Source: an uncultured delta proteobacterium (GTDB lineage Bacteria > Desulfobacterota > Desulfuromonadia > Desulfuromonadales > BM103). Taken from it: a stretch of DNA of 64,000 bases. Below the pieces are notes generated by a model, which was given only the letters and a program-made list of their open reading frames with translations, was not told the origin of the DNA and ran no database searches. Positions 1-9,571 of the stretch are shown one piece after another (position 1 is the first letter of the stretch; each line of letters opens with the position of its first letter). The position numbers and the translations under genes are program-made. The stretch covers positions 1-64,000 of the forward strand of contig CAVQRZ010000043.1 of assembly GCA_963715335.1 (NCBI GenBank), written 5' to 3'.

Positions 1-1
1 A

Positions 2-436
2 CTCAAGTTACGAGACAGTCGTGGCTTTACCCTGATTGAGATCATGGTCGTGGTGGTCATCCTAGGCATCCTGGCAGCGATCGTTGTACCACGCCTTCTG
101 AGCCGTCCTGATGAAGCCAAGGTGACTAAGGCCAAAGTCGATATGAAAAGCATTGAAGAGGCCCTCGGCTTATTCAAGCTCGACAGTGGTTTTTACCCCA
201 CGACCGATCAGGGGCTTAAAGCGCTGGTCGAAAAACCGACAACTGGCAGGATACCGACCAAATATTCGGTTGACGGCTACCTGAAAAAAACCCCGGTCGA
301 CCCATGGGGAAGTAACTACGTTTACCTGTCTCCTGGGTTGCACAACTATAACTTCGACCTGATCAGCTATGGTGCCGATGGCCAACCCGGCGGAGAGGGC
401 TTCGATGCTGACATCAACAGTTGGGAACTCGATTAG
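2..436 (+). CDS. gspG: Type II secretion major pseudopilin GspG (5' end outside window)
   Basis: Frame is open from base 2: LKLRDSRG|FTLIEIMVVVVILGILAAIVVP prepilin motif; DPWG and YGADGQPGGEG..ADI GspG signatures. Confidence 0.96.
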   Translation, partial: LKLRDSRGFTLIEIMVVVVILGILAAIVVPRLLSRPDEAKVTKAKVDMKSIEEALGLFKLDSGFYPTTDQGLKALVEKPTTGRIPTKYSVDGYLKKTPVDPWGSNYVYLSPGLHNYNFDLISYGADGQPGGEGFDADINSWELD

Positions 437-472
437 CGACGGACCGCCCGGTGCGGCCAGACAGGAGCTCCT

Positions 473-1021
473 TTGCACGAAGCGACCGTCATGATCTGTG
501 AACCGCTTATACCAAAGACCTTCCGAAACAGAGGGGGGGCCGGCTTCACTCTTGTAGAAATCGTGGTGGTGATGATGCTGGTCAGCCTGTTCATGGTTTT
601 CAGCGTCCCCTTGTTCAGTAACATCGGTACCAGCAGCCTCGGCACTTCGGCAAGACGTCTGAGCGGCACGATAAAGTACCTGTTCAACGAATCCGCCCTG
701 TCCGGGCTTGAATACCGTTTGATTTACGACCTGGACCGGGGAAGCTACCGTGCCCAGGTTCTGGAAGCGAACGGCGAATTGGTGGCTGCGCCTGACCAGG
801 GAAGGGAAGCCTCCTTAAAGGGTGATGTCCTTTTCAAGGACCTGCAGCTGCCCGGGCGCGGCAAGTTTACCGCTGGACAGGTGACAACCCGCATTCACCC
901 GAGTGGCTGGGTTGAAGAGGCGATCATCCACCTTGATGACGGGGCTGGCAAAATGCTGACCCTGCGGGTCATGCCATTAACGGGCACCACCGAGATCTTT
1001 GATGGCTACCGGGAGTTTTAA
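473..1021 (+). CDS. gspH: Type II secretion minor pseudopilin GspH
   Basis: G|FTLVE prepilin motif; position between gspG and gspI; start could be TTG 473 or ATG 491. Confidence 0.85.
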   Translation: MHEATVMICEPLIPKTFRNRGGAGFTLVEIVVVMMLVSLFMVFSVPLFSNIGTSSLGTSARRLSGTIKYLFNESALSGLEYRLIYDLDRGSYRAQVLEANGELVAAPDQGREASLKGDVLFKDLQLPGRGKFTAGQVTTRIHPSGWVEEAIIHLDDGAGKMLTLRVMPLTGTTEIFDGYREF

Positions 1022-1048
1022 GCCCATGCCGATGTGGCCGAATGCGCG

Positions 1049-1438
1049 ATGAAACAGGTACTCTGCACGACAAAATCACAACGCAGCGGTTTCACGCTGC
1101 TGGAAATCATGATCGCACTGGCCATCGTCAGTATCGCCATGATTTCCCTTCTGGCGCTGGCCAATCGCTCGATCGGGGTTCATGACCGTCTGCAGCGGAT
1201 CACCTCGGCAACTTTGCTGGCACAACAGAAGATGGCCGAAACGGAATTGAACGCCCGCAAAGGGGCCACGGAGGGAGCTGATGTGCAGGGTGTGTTCAAC
1301 GCCCCCTACTCAGCTTACCGTTGGCAGATCGCCTATGCAGATACGCCTCTGCCATCGGTGCGGATGGTGACTGTCACTGTCCTCTGGGGAGACGAAGAGC
1401 GCAATGAACTGGTCGACCTCACATCATTCATTTTCTAG
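1049..1438 (+). CDS. gspI: Type II secretion minor pseudopilin GspI
   Basis: G|FTLLEIMIALAI; short length; YRWQI and VTVTV motifs; operon order. Confidence 0.9.
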   Translation: MKQVLCTTKSQRSGFTLLEIMIALAIVSIAMISLLALANRSIGVHDRLQRITSATLLAQQKMAETELNARKGATEGADVQGVFNAPYSAYRWQIAYADTPLPSVRMVTVTVLWGDEERNELVDLTSFIF

Positions 1439-2051
1439 CGCCGAAAGAGGCTTCACTCTCGTCGAGGTGCTGGTTGCGATCAGCCTCCTGGCCATTTTGC
1501 TGACCTCTGTTTACGGTATTTTCTCCTCGGTCAGTTTGGCCCGGGAGCGGCTTGATGCCAACAGCGCAGAATATCACCGGGCACGGGTCCTTTTCGACCG
1601 CCTGGGACGCGAACTGCGCGGGGCCTATTTCCGGGCCAGTGATCAGAACCTGGTTTTTACCAGCCGTACGGTTGACGACGGCCAGGTTGAATTGGAGCTG
1701 ACCACATCAGCGGTGTCTCCTTTGAGCCAGACGGGGTCGGGCATCGCCAGGGTACACTACCTGCTCGTCGATGACCCGGAGGATGCGACCGAGGGACTGG
1801 TCCTGATGCGCAGTGAGAATCCTGTCCACGAATCGACTGATGAGGGTGCTGTCGGTATGATGCGCATGGTGCCGGGCATCAAAGCTATGACCCTGCGCTT
1901 TTATGCCAACGGCGAATGGCAGACAGCGTGGGACGGGCGAACTTCCGGTCTGCCGGAAATGGTTGAAATTGAGTTGCAGCTGAGCACGGGTGGAGAGGAG
2001 CCGATCTACTTCATCTCGGCTTTTGAAGTGCCCGAAGTGACGGTCCGATGA
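1404..2051 (+). CDS. gspJ: Type II secretion minor pseudopilin GspJ
   Basis: G|FTLVEVLVAISLL; C-terminal W..W..LP..V.I.L motif; overlaps gspI. Confidence 0.9.
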   Translation: MNWSTSHHSFSSAERGFTLVEVLVAISLLAILLTSVYGIFSSVSLARERLDANSAEYHRARVLFDRLGRELRGAYFRASDQNLVFTSRTVDDGQVELELTTSAVSPLSQTGSGIARVHYLLVDDPEDATEGLVLMRSENPVHESTDEGAVGMMRMVPGIKAMTLRFYANGEWQTAWDGRTSGLPEMVEIELQLSTGGEEPIYFISAFEVPEVTVR

Positions 2052-3013
2052 ACAGTCGACGAGGAAACCGGGGGATGGCTCTCCTGCTGGTGCTGGTCAT
2101 TGTCGCGCTGTTGACTTCATTGTTGACGGAGCTGTCCTTCTCCACCATGGTCGACATGCACCTGACCGAGACTTTCCGTGACAGCACAAGGGCTTACTAC
2201 CTGGCCAAAGGGGGGGTCAACGCCGGTCGCATGATTCTCCAGGCGGACAACAATAATTACGACTCGCTGGATGAAACCTGGAGTAATGGTGTGATCAACT
2301 ACCCGGTCGGAGAGGGGAGCGTCACCATCCTTATAGAGGACCTGGACGGCAAGCTGGATATCAACGGCATGGTTGTCGGAAATAACCCGCAGGCCATCGT
2401 GACTGACCGCTTTTACCGTTTGCTGGTTGCCATAGGCCTCGACAAACTGGCAGATCCGGCAGAGCTGACAGCTGCGTTGATCGATTGGATGGACACGGGC
2501 GATGATCCCTACACGGAGATTCACACCGATGATCAGAGTTTGCCTGTCTCGGGTGCAGAAGACATCTATTACCAGAGCCTGTCGCAACCCTACCGGTGTA
2601 AGAATGGTCCGCTCGAGACACTGCAAGAGCTCTCCCTGGTCAAGGGTTTTACACCTGAAATCGTCAAACGGGTCAGCCCGCACCTGGCTGTCAACGGCAC
2701 ATTGGCAGTCAATGTCAATACCGCCAGCGCCGAAGTGCTGATGTCACTTGACTTGCAGATCAGCCGCGATACTGCCGAAGCCATCATCGACTATCGCCAG
2801 ACTGAACCGATTAAAAGTGTCGCCCAACTAGAGACAACCCTCGCGCCAGAGGACTACGTTGTTTTAAAGACCCTTAGCAATATCGGCCAGTTAGGTACGA
2901 AGAGCCATACTTACCGGGTTGAATCTTACGCGATGGTCAACGACGGCAGCCGCCGGCTGATGGCGGAGATTGACAAGAGAAACAATAAGCTGCTTTTTTT
3001 CAAGGTAAATTAA
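2048..3013 (+). CDS. gspK: Type II secretion minor pseudopilin GspK
   Basis: G|MALLLVL start; IEDLDGKLDIN, LIDWMD, VNVNTA motifs. Confidence 0.93.
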   Translation: MNSRRGNRGMALLLVLVIVALLTSLLTELSFSTMVDMHLTETFRDSTRAYYLAKGGVNAGRMILQADNNNYDSLDETWSNGVINYPVGEGSVTILIEDLDGKLDINGMVVGNNPQAIVTDRFYRLLVAIGLDKLADPAELTAALIDWMDTGDDPYTEIHTDDQSLPVSGAEDIYYQSLSQPYRCKNGPLETLQELSLVKGFTPEIVKRVSPHLAVNGTLAVNVNTASAEVLMSLDLQISRDTAEAIIDYRQTEPIKSVAQLETTLAPEDYVVLKTLSNIGQLGTKSHTYRVESYAMVNDGSRRLMAEIDKRNNKLLFFKVN

Positions 3014-3017
3014 TGTT

Positions 3018-4412
3018 ATGAGCAAGCGATTAATCGGCATCGAAATTGGCAATAGTGTTCTGCGCGTTGCCATTCTCAACCAGGACAAGGGGCAGATCTC
3101 TGTCGGCTCCCTGCAGGAAAGAAACTACGCGGATGCTGTTGAGCTAACCGCCCACTTGCAGGAAATCCTGGCTGGTGAATTCAGGATCGGTGACCAGCTG
3201 GTGACCCGACTGCCGGCCCGGACAGCCTATGTCCGGCGGCTCGAATTCCCTTTCCAGGATGAGAAGAAAATCGCTGCGGCGATTCCCTTCTCACTCTCCA
3301 CTCAGCTGCCGGTTGCGATCGATCAATGCGCTACGGCGATCCAGATGGGCCAGTCGACCGACCAGGGGACAGCAGTACTGGCGGCTGCTGTTCCCACTGA
3401 AAAGCTCCTGTCTCTGCTGGGCACTTTCGAAGCTGCGGACGTGCCGCTGCACCTGGTCGACCTGTCGCCGTTTTGCTATGTGGCAGGGCTTGGCGAACAG
3501 ATCAGTGATAGCCTCTTGGTCTGTGCGACAGATCAAGAGACTACCGTTGCCTTGGTGCAAAATGGCCGTCTGGAAGATTACCGCGTTCTGCCGGCCATTG
3601 CGGACCCCCCCCAGGCGGCTCAACTTCAGCAATTTCTCAGGGACATCAGAGTTGTTAAGCAGACGGCCGGCGCAGAGGAGCTTGGCATCAGCCTGATGGG
3701 TGAGAGGGGCACCTCCGGATTGGCAGAAGCTCTACAGGCCTCTGAACTTAAGGTGGAAATTCTCTCTCTTGATCTCGACGGACAGCTGATAGATAGCACT
3801 TTTTTACCGGCCGTGGCGCTAGCGCTCCGGGCAAAAGCCGCCAGGGCCGAGCGGTCTTTCAATTTTCGTCGCGGCCAGTATGCCTTGAAGGGAGAATGGG
3901 CCAACCTGAAGCGCAAGCTGGTCCTGTTGGCTGCGCTGCTCGGTGTGACGGTGCTTATCTTGATCGGTTCTATGGCTTTCAAGTACAGCGACCATGCTGG
4001 CCGTGCTGCTCAGTTGCAGGCGGAGATGGTTGACGTATACCGGTCGTTGTTTCCCGAAGCCACGACCATCGTTGATGTGCCATTGCAGCTCAGGAGTGCG
4101 ATCCGTGATCTACAAGAGAAAGGCAGCCTGATCACCGGAGGGCAGGCTTCGGCGCTTGCCGTCCTCAAGGAAATTTCTCGCCTGCCCAAGCTGGCCACAG
4201 TTGAACTCCAGGAATTTGCCATGAGCAACGAAGAGGTTAAGCTGACTGGACGAACGGCATCCTTCGAAGCGGTCAACCAGATGGCCGGGGCGCTTGGCAA
4301 ATCACCCTTATTTAGCAAGGTCCAGGTCAGCGATGCCAAAATGAGTCTTGACGGCAGCCGGATTGACTTCCGTCTGTTGCTCTCGCTTGTCAGTCCGGGG
4401 GCCGAACAATGA
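3018..4412 (+). CDS. gspL: Type II secretion assembly platform protein GspL (PilM/PilN-like)
   Basis: Actin-like cytoplasmic N-terminus (IGIEIG), FNFRRG then one TM helix, PilN-like C-terminus. Confidence 0.88.
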   Translation: MSKRLIGIEIGNSVLRVAILNQDKGQISVGSLQERNYADAVELTAHLQEILAGEFRIGDQLVTRLPARTAYVRRLEFPFQDEKKIAAAIPFSLSTQLPVAIDQCATAIQMGQSTDQGTAVLAAAVPTEKLLSLLGTFEAADVPLHLVDLSPFCYVAGLGEQISDSLLVCATDQETTVALVQNGRLEDYRVLPAIADPPQAAQLQQFLRDIRVVKQTAGAEELGISLMGERGTSGLAEALQASELKVEILSLDLDGQLIDSTFLPAVALALRAKAARAERSFNFRRGQYALKGEWANLKRKLVLLAALLGVTVLILIGSMAFKYSDHAGRAAQLQAEMVDVYRSLFPEATTIVDVPLQLRSAIRDLQEKGSLITGGQASALAVLKEISRLPKLATVELQEFAMSNEEVKLTGRTASFEAVNQMAGALGKSPLFSKVQVSDAKMSLDGSRIDFRLLLSLVSPGAEQ

Positions 4413-4936
4413 TCAGTCAACTGAACCCGAGGGAACGGATTTTTGTGATCGTCGGAGGCTTAATCCTCACCCTGACTCTGCTTTACTATGCAATAGTGGC
4501 ACCTTACCGTAGTGCGCTGGAGCGATTCGACCGCCAAATTGCGACACGCAGCGGGCAGTTGCAGGAGGTTAAATCCCTGCAAAAAAGATACCTGGAGCTT
4601 CAGCAGCAGATGGCCCAGGTGGAAAGTCTCCTGGGAAACGGACAAAATTTCTCCGCGCTCACTTTTATTGAAAACCTGGTCGGACAAACCGCCGGACGTG
4701 AGAACCTTTTGTCCATGCGTCCCCAGTCCCCTGAACTCCGCAACGAATTCACCGTCGATTCTGTGGAGATCAAACTTGAGAAGCTGACGATCAAACAGGT
4801 CCTCGAATTGCTCTCGGGCATTGAAGCTGCGCCCACCCCCATGCAGGTCAAGAACCTTTACCTCAAGCAACGCTTCGATGATCGATCTCTGCTTGATGCT
4901 ACCATGACCATTATGGCCCTGCGAAGGACGACATGA
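4409..4936 (+). CDS. gspM: Type II secretion protein GspM
   Basis: LNPRER followed by a TM helix and coiled coil; follows gspL. Confidence 0.88.
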   Translation: MISQLNPRERIFVIVGGLILTLTLLYYAIVAPYRSALERFDRQIATRSGQLQEVKSLQKRYLELQQQMAQVESLLGNGQNFSALTFIENLVGQTAGRENLLSMRPQSPELRNEFTVDSVEIKLEKLTIKQVLELLSGIEAAPTPMQVKNLYLKQRFDDRSLLDATMTIMALRRTT

Positions 4937-5826
4937 GATCTTCTGCCTGGTCACAAAAAACCAAAGGGCGCGCCGCCGCCTGGCAAAGACCGAGTCTCTT
5001 CGTGTTGGCCGGGGCTGGACTGCTTCTACTGGGCATGCTGACAGGATTCTATCTGTTCTTCCCGGCGGAAGCATTGAGACAACGGGTCATCCAGGAAGTC
5101 GAGACAAGGACCGGTGCTGAAATCCAGATCGGACAGATGGCGCTTTATCCGCTGCTGACTTTGGATGCCAGTCAAATCAGTTTTGGCGTAACCGGCTTGC
5201 CCCAACCTATGCAGATCAAGCAGTTAAGCCTTGCGCCACAATGGTCGACATTGTTGTCCAGTGATCCGGGAGTGCAGTTGCAGGCACAGTTCATGAGCGG
5301 GTTGGTTAACGCAGAGGTACTGAGAACTGGAATGATCAACGCCATGGCGACGGGCCTGCGCTTCGACCTGCCACTGCAGAAGCCAATGGCGATGAATATA
5401 ACTGGAAATCTGGGCAAGACAACCGTCAATGCAGCCACCCATCTTGATCCTGAAACGAAAACGCAGCTCTCCCTGCAGCTGAGTGATGTCAGCATCAGTA
5501 ACCTTGCTTTTTTTAAAGAGGACAGTCCGGGCATCGCACTCGGTGAAATAGTCCTGCAGGTCAATGGCCAGGGCCGGGCTATGAAAATTAATACGCTGAC
5601 GGCAAAAGGTGGTGATTTTAACATTAGTGGTGAAGGGTCTTTGTTCATTGGTCGTACGTCTGCAACCAGCCGCATCAACCTTTCTTTACACATCAAAGCA
5701 GCAGATTCGGCGCATCCAACTCTGGTCTCCCTGCTTGAACTCTCTGCCCCCCCTGACGCAAATGGCGATCACCACCTGCGTGTCACCGGAACGCTCACGA
5801 CTCCGACTATCGATCCCGTTAAATGA
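4933..5826 (+). CDS. gspN: Type II secretion protein GspN
   Basis: N-terminal TM + FYLFFP; C-terminal GTL..P motif; last gene of operon. Confidence 0.85.
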   Translation: MRSSAWSQKTKGRAAAWQRPSLFVLAGAGLLLLGMLTGFYLFFPAEALRQRVIQEVETRTGAEIQIGQMALYPLLTLDASQISFGVTGLPQPMQIKQLSLAPQWSTLLSSDPGVQLQAQFMSGLVNAEVLRTGMINAMATGLRFDLPLQKPMAMNITGNLGKTTVNAATHLDPETKTQLSLQLSDVSISNLAFFKEDSPGIALGEIVLQVNGQGRAMKINTLTAKGGDFNISGEGSLFIGRTSATSRINLSLHIKAADSAHPTLVSLLELSAPPDANGDHHLRVTGTLTTPTIDPVK

Positions 5827-6025
5827 ATTTTTTTGACCCCGATTCATAAAACAAACGAAGATTCCATTAATCATTACAACGTGTATCGTCATTTCCTTGG
5901 CATCAGCCAACCATCTCAATTTATATAAGGACTACAGTTACCAAGGAGACCTGTCGTGAGAAATGAGGGCTGTCCATCCCGGAGCAGTGGCCTAATCCTC
6001 CTACCCGGTGACCTTTATATCACAT

Positions 6026-6060
6026 AAAAAAGCCCCACAGCCAGGAGGGGACTGTGGGGC
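6026..6060 (-). terminator. Intrinsic terminator with C-rich loop
   Basis: 10-bp GC-rich stem followed by T6 on the minus strand. Confidence 0.85.
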
Positions 6061-6105
6061 ACGGGTTTGGTTAGGAGGTAAAACATGAAGAGTATTACTC
6101 TGTTG
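6026..6105 (-). ncRNA. Putative ~80-nt small RNA with anti-SD segments
   Basis: Upstream TTGACA-N16-TAAGAT promoter; ends in GCCCCACAGT-cccctcctg-GCTGTGGGGC-TTTTTT; contains UUCAUGUUUUACCUCCU. Confidence 0.6.
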
Positions 6106-6111
6106 GAATTA

Positions 6112-6139
6112 ATCTTACCTTTTTAGTCAGGTATGTCAA
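6112..6139 (-). promoter_or_regulatory. Sigma70-type promoter
   Basis: TTGACA-16 nt-TAAGAT with AT-rich upstream element. Confidence 0.7.
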
Positions 6140-6163
6140 GAAAAAAGTTAATACCGTTTTTTT

Positions 6164-6877
6164 TCAGGGATTTTTTTGTCCCGATTGACGCATGAAAATG
6201 ACCAAAGCACCCTCCCCGCCATATCGGCGTGGTGCCACGCCCCACTCGACAACCTGATCATTTTTCTCACTGAGCACCCTCTCCGCCGCAGTGCGCAGGA
6301 CGGGACCATCTTCAGAGTGCAAGCCCTTGCCGGTAATCACCAGGACCGTACACAACCCCCGGGAGATCGCGTTCTGCAGAAAGAACAGCATCTTGGCCGT
6401 TGCCTCGTCAGCGGTCAGGCCATGCAGGTCGAGTTCGGCTTCCGGCAAAAGCTGACCTCGCTCCACCTGTTTCATGCGTCGCGGCACGGCACGTTGTTGC
6501 GGAAGATCTTCGCACCATTCGTCCTTGAATACTTGTTCCATGGAACCGATGGCCTCCAGGAAAGTGCCCAAGTCACTCTCATCCCGATCAGTTCCGACAG
6601 CAGGCTTTGTGCCGAGGTTGACGCCCTCAGGGGAGGCAACATCGCCTTGCCCGTCTTTCTTGAGCGGCTGGACCCCAAGCAAGGCCATTTCTTCGCTAAA
6701 GGAGGTCTGCGCTGGATCGCTCACGGATTGCCTGGACTCAGGAAGTTTTTGGTTGGATTTGTGAGAGGCGACAGTGCTCTCCGCTTCAAAAGCGGCCAAC
6801 CCCTTCATGCTCTTAAAGGGGTTGTTGGAGAAGTCTTTCGGTACAGATTTGTTTTGTCTGGTTTTCTTTTTCGCCAT
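6164..6877 (-). CDS. Smr/MutS2-domain endonuclease
   Basis: LDLHG, VITGKGLHS, YGGEGALVI Smr motifs. Confidence 0.92.
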   Translation of the reverse strand: MAKKKTRQNKSVPKDFSNNPFKSMKGLAAFEAESTVASHKSNQKLPESRQSVSDPAQTSFSEEMALLGVQPLKKDGQGDVASPEGVNLGTKPAVGTDRDESDLGTFLEAIGSMEQVFKDEWCEDLPQQRAVPRRMKQVERGQLLPEAELDLHGLTADEATAKMLFFLQNAISRGLCTVLVITGKGLHSEDGPVLRTAAERVLSEKNDQVVEWGVAPRRYGGEGALVIFMRQSGQKNP

Positions 6878-6879
6878 GA

Positions 6880-7608
6880 TTACCTTCTGACGATTTTGCG
6901 CCTTCCCTGAATGGCCTTGGTGTGCTTGCGGATCAGTGCACCCTGCTTCTCCAACTGGAATTGGTACCAGACGTCGCCGTAGTCCTGCATCTTCATTTTC
7001 TTGCCTTCTTTGAGGGCCTGCAGGTTGGCTGACATCACTTCGTTGCTACCGACCTTTTTCAGACCTTTCTCCATGATGGCGAGGGCTTTATTGCGGTCAC
7101 CGATCTTCTCCAGGCAGAAGGCGTAGAGGCTCCAGAGCAAAGGCTCCTTGCGGGTCACGGCAACGGCTTTGTCAAACGTGGCAATCATCTTCTTCGGCTG
7201 ATTGCGCTTCATGTAGATAATGGCCAGCATCGCCATAGCCACCCAATGCCGCACGAAGCCGAGTTTGAGATAATCATAAGCCTTGCTGAAGTCACGACGC
7301 AGGTAGTAAACCATGCCGATCTGGGCGTTCATCTGCTTCTTGATGTAGAACTGCCAGTGCTCGTACTTTTTCTGCACGGCTTCCAGCTTGTGGATCGCCG
7401 CATCCGGACGGTTGGCGGCGATGTCTTTCTGTACAGTTTCCATGGCATCATTGATCCTTGCCATGATTTTTTTCAACATGATGACGTAACTAATCGAAAA
7501 AACCATGACACCGGCGATGGCGGGGACAACCGGGTGCAGGCCGGTCGTAAAGTGCAGGGCGGCACCGAACAGGGCGCCGACGGCAAGAGCTATCAATGTG
7601 GACAACAT
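6880..7608 (-). CDS. Hypothetical membrane protein with TPR-like helical repeats
   Basis: Two N-terminal hydrophobic helices then TPR-like amphipathic helices; coupled to the Smr gene. Confidence 0.75.
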   Translation of the reverse strand: MLSTLIALAVGALFGAALHFTTGLHPVVPAIAGVMVFSISYVIMLKKIMARINDAMETVQKDIAANRPDAAIHKLEAVQKKYEHWQFYIKKQMNAQIGMVYYLRRDFSKAYDYLKLGFVRHWVAMAMLAIIYMKRNQPKKMIATFDKAVAVTRKEPLLWSLYAFCLEKIGDRNKALAIMEKGLKKVGSNEVMSANLQALKEGKKMKMQDYGDVWYQFQLEKQGALIRKHTKAIQGRRKIVRR

Positions 7609-7804
7609 GTGACCAGGTCCTTTCAGATGCAAATGATTTGAAGCGGCGTATTCTATCAGCCTGATGCAGTGTTGTCAAAGCAAACAAACGGCTCGCAAGG
7701 TCTGGTCTACAGGTCTATCGGGGGCATGACATGCGGTCGACGCCGGGGCCGATATGCTTGGCCGGACTGGCCGTGAGGAGGTCTTTAAACAGGTAGGTTC
7801 AGCT

Positions 7805-9521
7805 TCAACCGCGGCTCTTGCTGCTGACGTTCAACGTCAGGCTTTCGCCCGGTTGCAGCAGATGATTCTCGGCCAGGTTGTTCCATTTACGGATCTGAGC
7901 GGTCGCAGCCGTAAATTCCCGGCCGATTGCCCGGAGAGCCTCGCCGGGGCGGACCCTCTAGACCTTTTCCTGCAACGCTCCGGCCTCTCTGACGACGGCA
8001 ACTTTCTGGGAGGGTGCCGCTTTTGCGGAGACGATCAGGCGTTGGCCGGGCCGGATAACATTGCTCCAGCCGAGACGGTTCCAGACCCGCAGCTGTTTTT
8101 CTGTGACGTTGAATTTACGGGAGATTTTCCAGAGCGAGTCGCCAGAACGCACAGTGTAGTAGGTTGCGCGGGAGCGCTTGTAATCATCCTTGAGTTCGGC
8201 AATTGCAGTCGAACCGTTGGCATCGGGGTTGAGGGGTATGATCAGGTTGGTGCCGATCTGGAGGGTCCGTGCATTTCGAATGCTGTTGAGGTTCTTGATG
8301 TCCTGAACACGCACACCATAGCGTTTGGACAGGGCCAGAAGCGTGTCACCCGATCTGATCTTGTGCCGCACGTAGTTGGCACGTTGGCGTTCCGGCAATT
8401 CTGTATAACTGGCCAGGAAGGCGTCCTGGCTGCCGATCGGCAACCTGACCTGGTAATCCTTGGCCCCGGGAGGCGTGCTCCAGCGCTTCAGCTCCGGATT
8501 GAGCTTCTTGATCTCCTGGTATTCGACACCGGTCAGTCGTGCAATGACCTCAAGATCCGTACTGCTCGGCAGGGCGACGGTGTCATACAACAGCGGCTCA
8601 CGATATTCAAGTTCGGTAAAACCATATTTTTCCGGTTGTTTCGCAATCAAGAGCGCAGCGAGCAGCTTCGGCAGGTAGTTCTTGGTCTCGGTTTTCAGGT
8701 ACGAGCCACGGCACAACTCCCAGAAATCCCTGGTCTTGTAACGTTTGATCGCTGTGCGGAGTTTGCCGGGGCCGGCATTGTACGAGGCCACAGCTAAATA
8801 CCAGTCACCGTCAAAATCGTTGTAGAGGTCCGACAGGAAACGGGCTGCCGCGCGGGTGGCCTTTTCCGGGTCGCGACGCTCATCATACCACCAGTCATTT
8901 TTCAGGCCATAACGACGGCCGGTACTCTCTATGAACTGCCAGGGGCCGACGGCATGCGCCCAGCTGTAAGCCTTGTCATTGAAACCGGATTCGACCATCG
9001 CCAGGTACGCGAGGTCCCTCGGCAGGCCGGCCTCGGCGAAAATATCCTGCATCATCGGCAGGTAATGACCGGAACGTTGCAGCCAGAGGGCAAAGGTATT
9101 TTTTGCCTGCCCGCTAAAATAATCGATAAAATAGCGAACTTTATCGTTTTCCACCACGGGGAAATCGAAGACCGGCTCCTCGTGGGCGAGGATTTCTCCG
9201 GGATCCTCCGGCGGCACCTGGTCATCACCCTGCAACACCCGGTTGTCGGCCAGAGTTTCCTCATCAAGAGGATCGGCACCGTCAACGAGGACGGGCTCGA
9301 CGGACTCGACGGCACTGTCGAGGAAGGGATCTGACAAGACAATCCCCGGGATCGCTCTCTTCATCAGGCAATGCAGGAACATCGGCAGCTTCGAAATCGT
9401 CTTGCTCAAATACGACGGCAGCAAATGGCTCGGAAGATAATGAGGATGGTGGAGTGCCGGCAAAACAGCCCGTCAGAAGCGTTCCCGACAGGAGACAGAT
9501 CATGAGTTGGTAAAACCGCAT
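7805..9521 (-). CDS. mltD: Membrane-bound lytic murein transglycosylase D (SLT + 3 LysM); as sequenced it has a frameshift at ~9344-9347 and an in-frame TAG at 7958-7960
   Basis: Lipobox LLTGC after GGAGG RBS in the 9282..9575 frame; ESG/GPWQF/YNAG SLT motifs and two LysM in 7958..9463; third LysM continues in frame past TAG to TGA at 7805. Confidence 0.88.
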
Positions 9522-9571
9522 CAAAAAACCTCCAAAAAGGGGCTCAGCGTACACGAAATCAGTTGCAGATG

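Noticed and set aside
7754..8797. 347-aa plus-strand ORF and similar long antisense ORFs (e.g. 40239..41312, 47802..48797, 26603..27451)
   Set aside because: Shadow frames opposite well-supported genes in GC-rich DNA; no motifs
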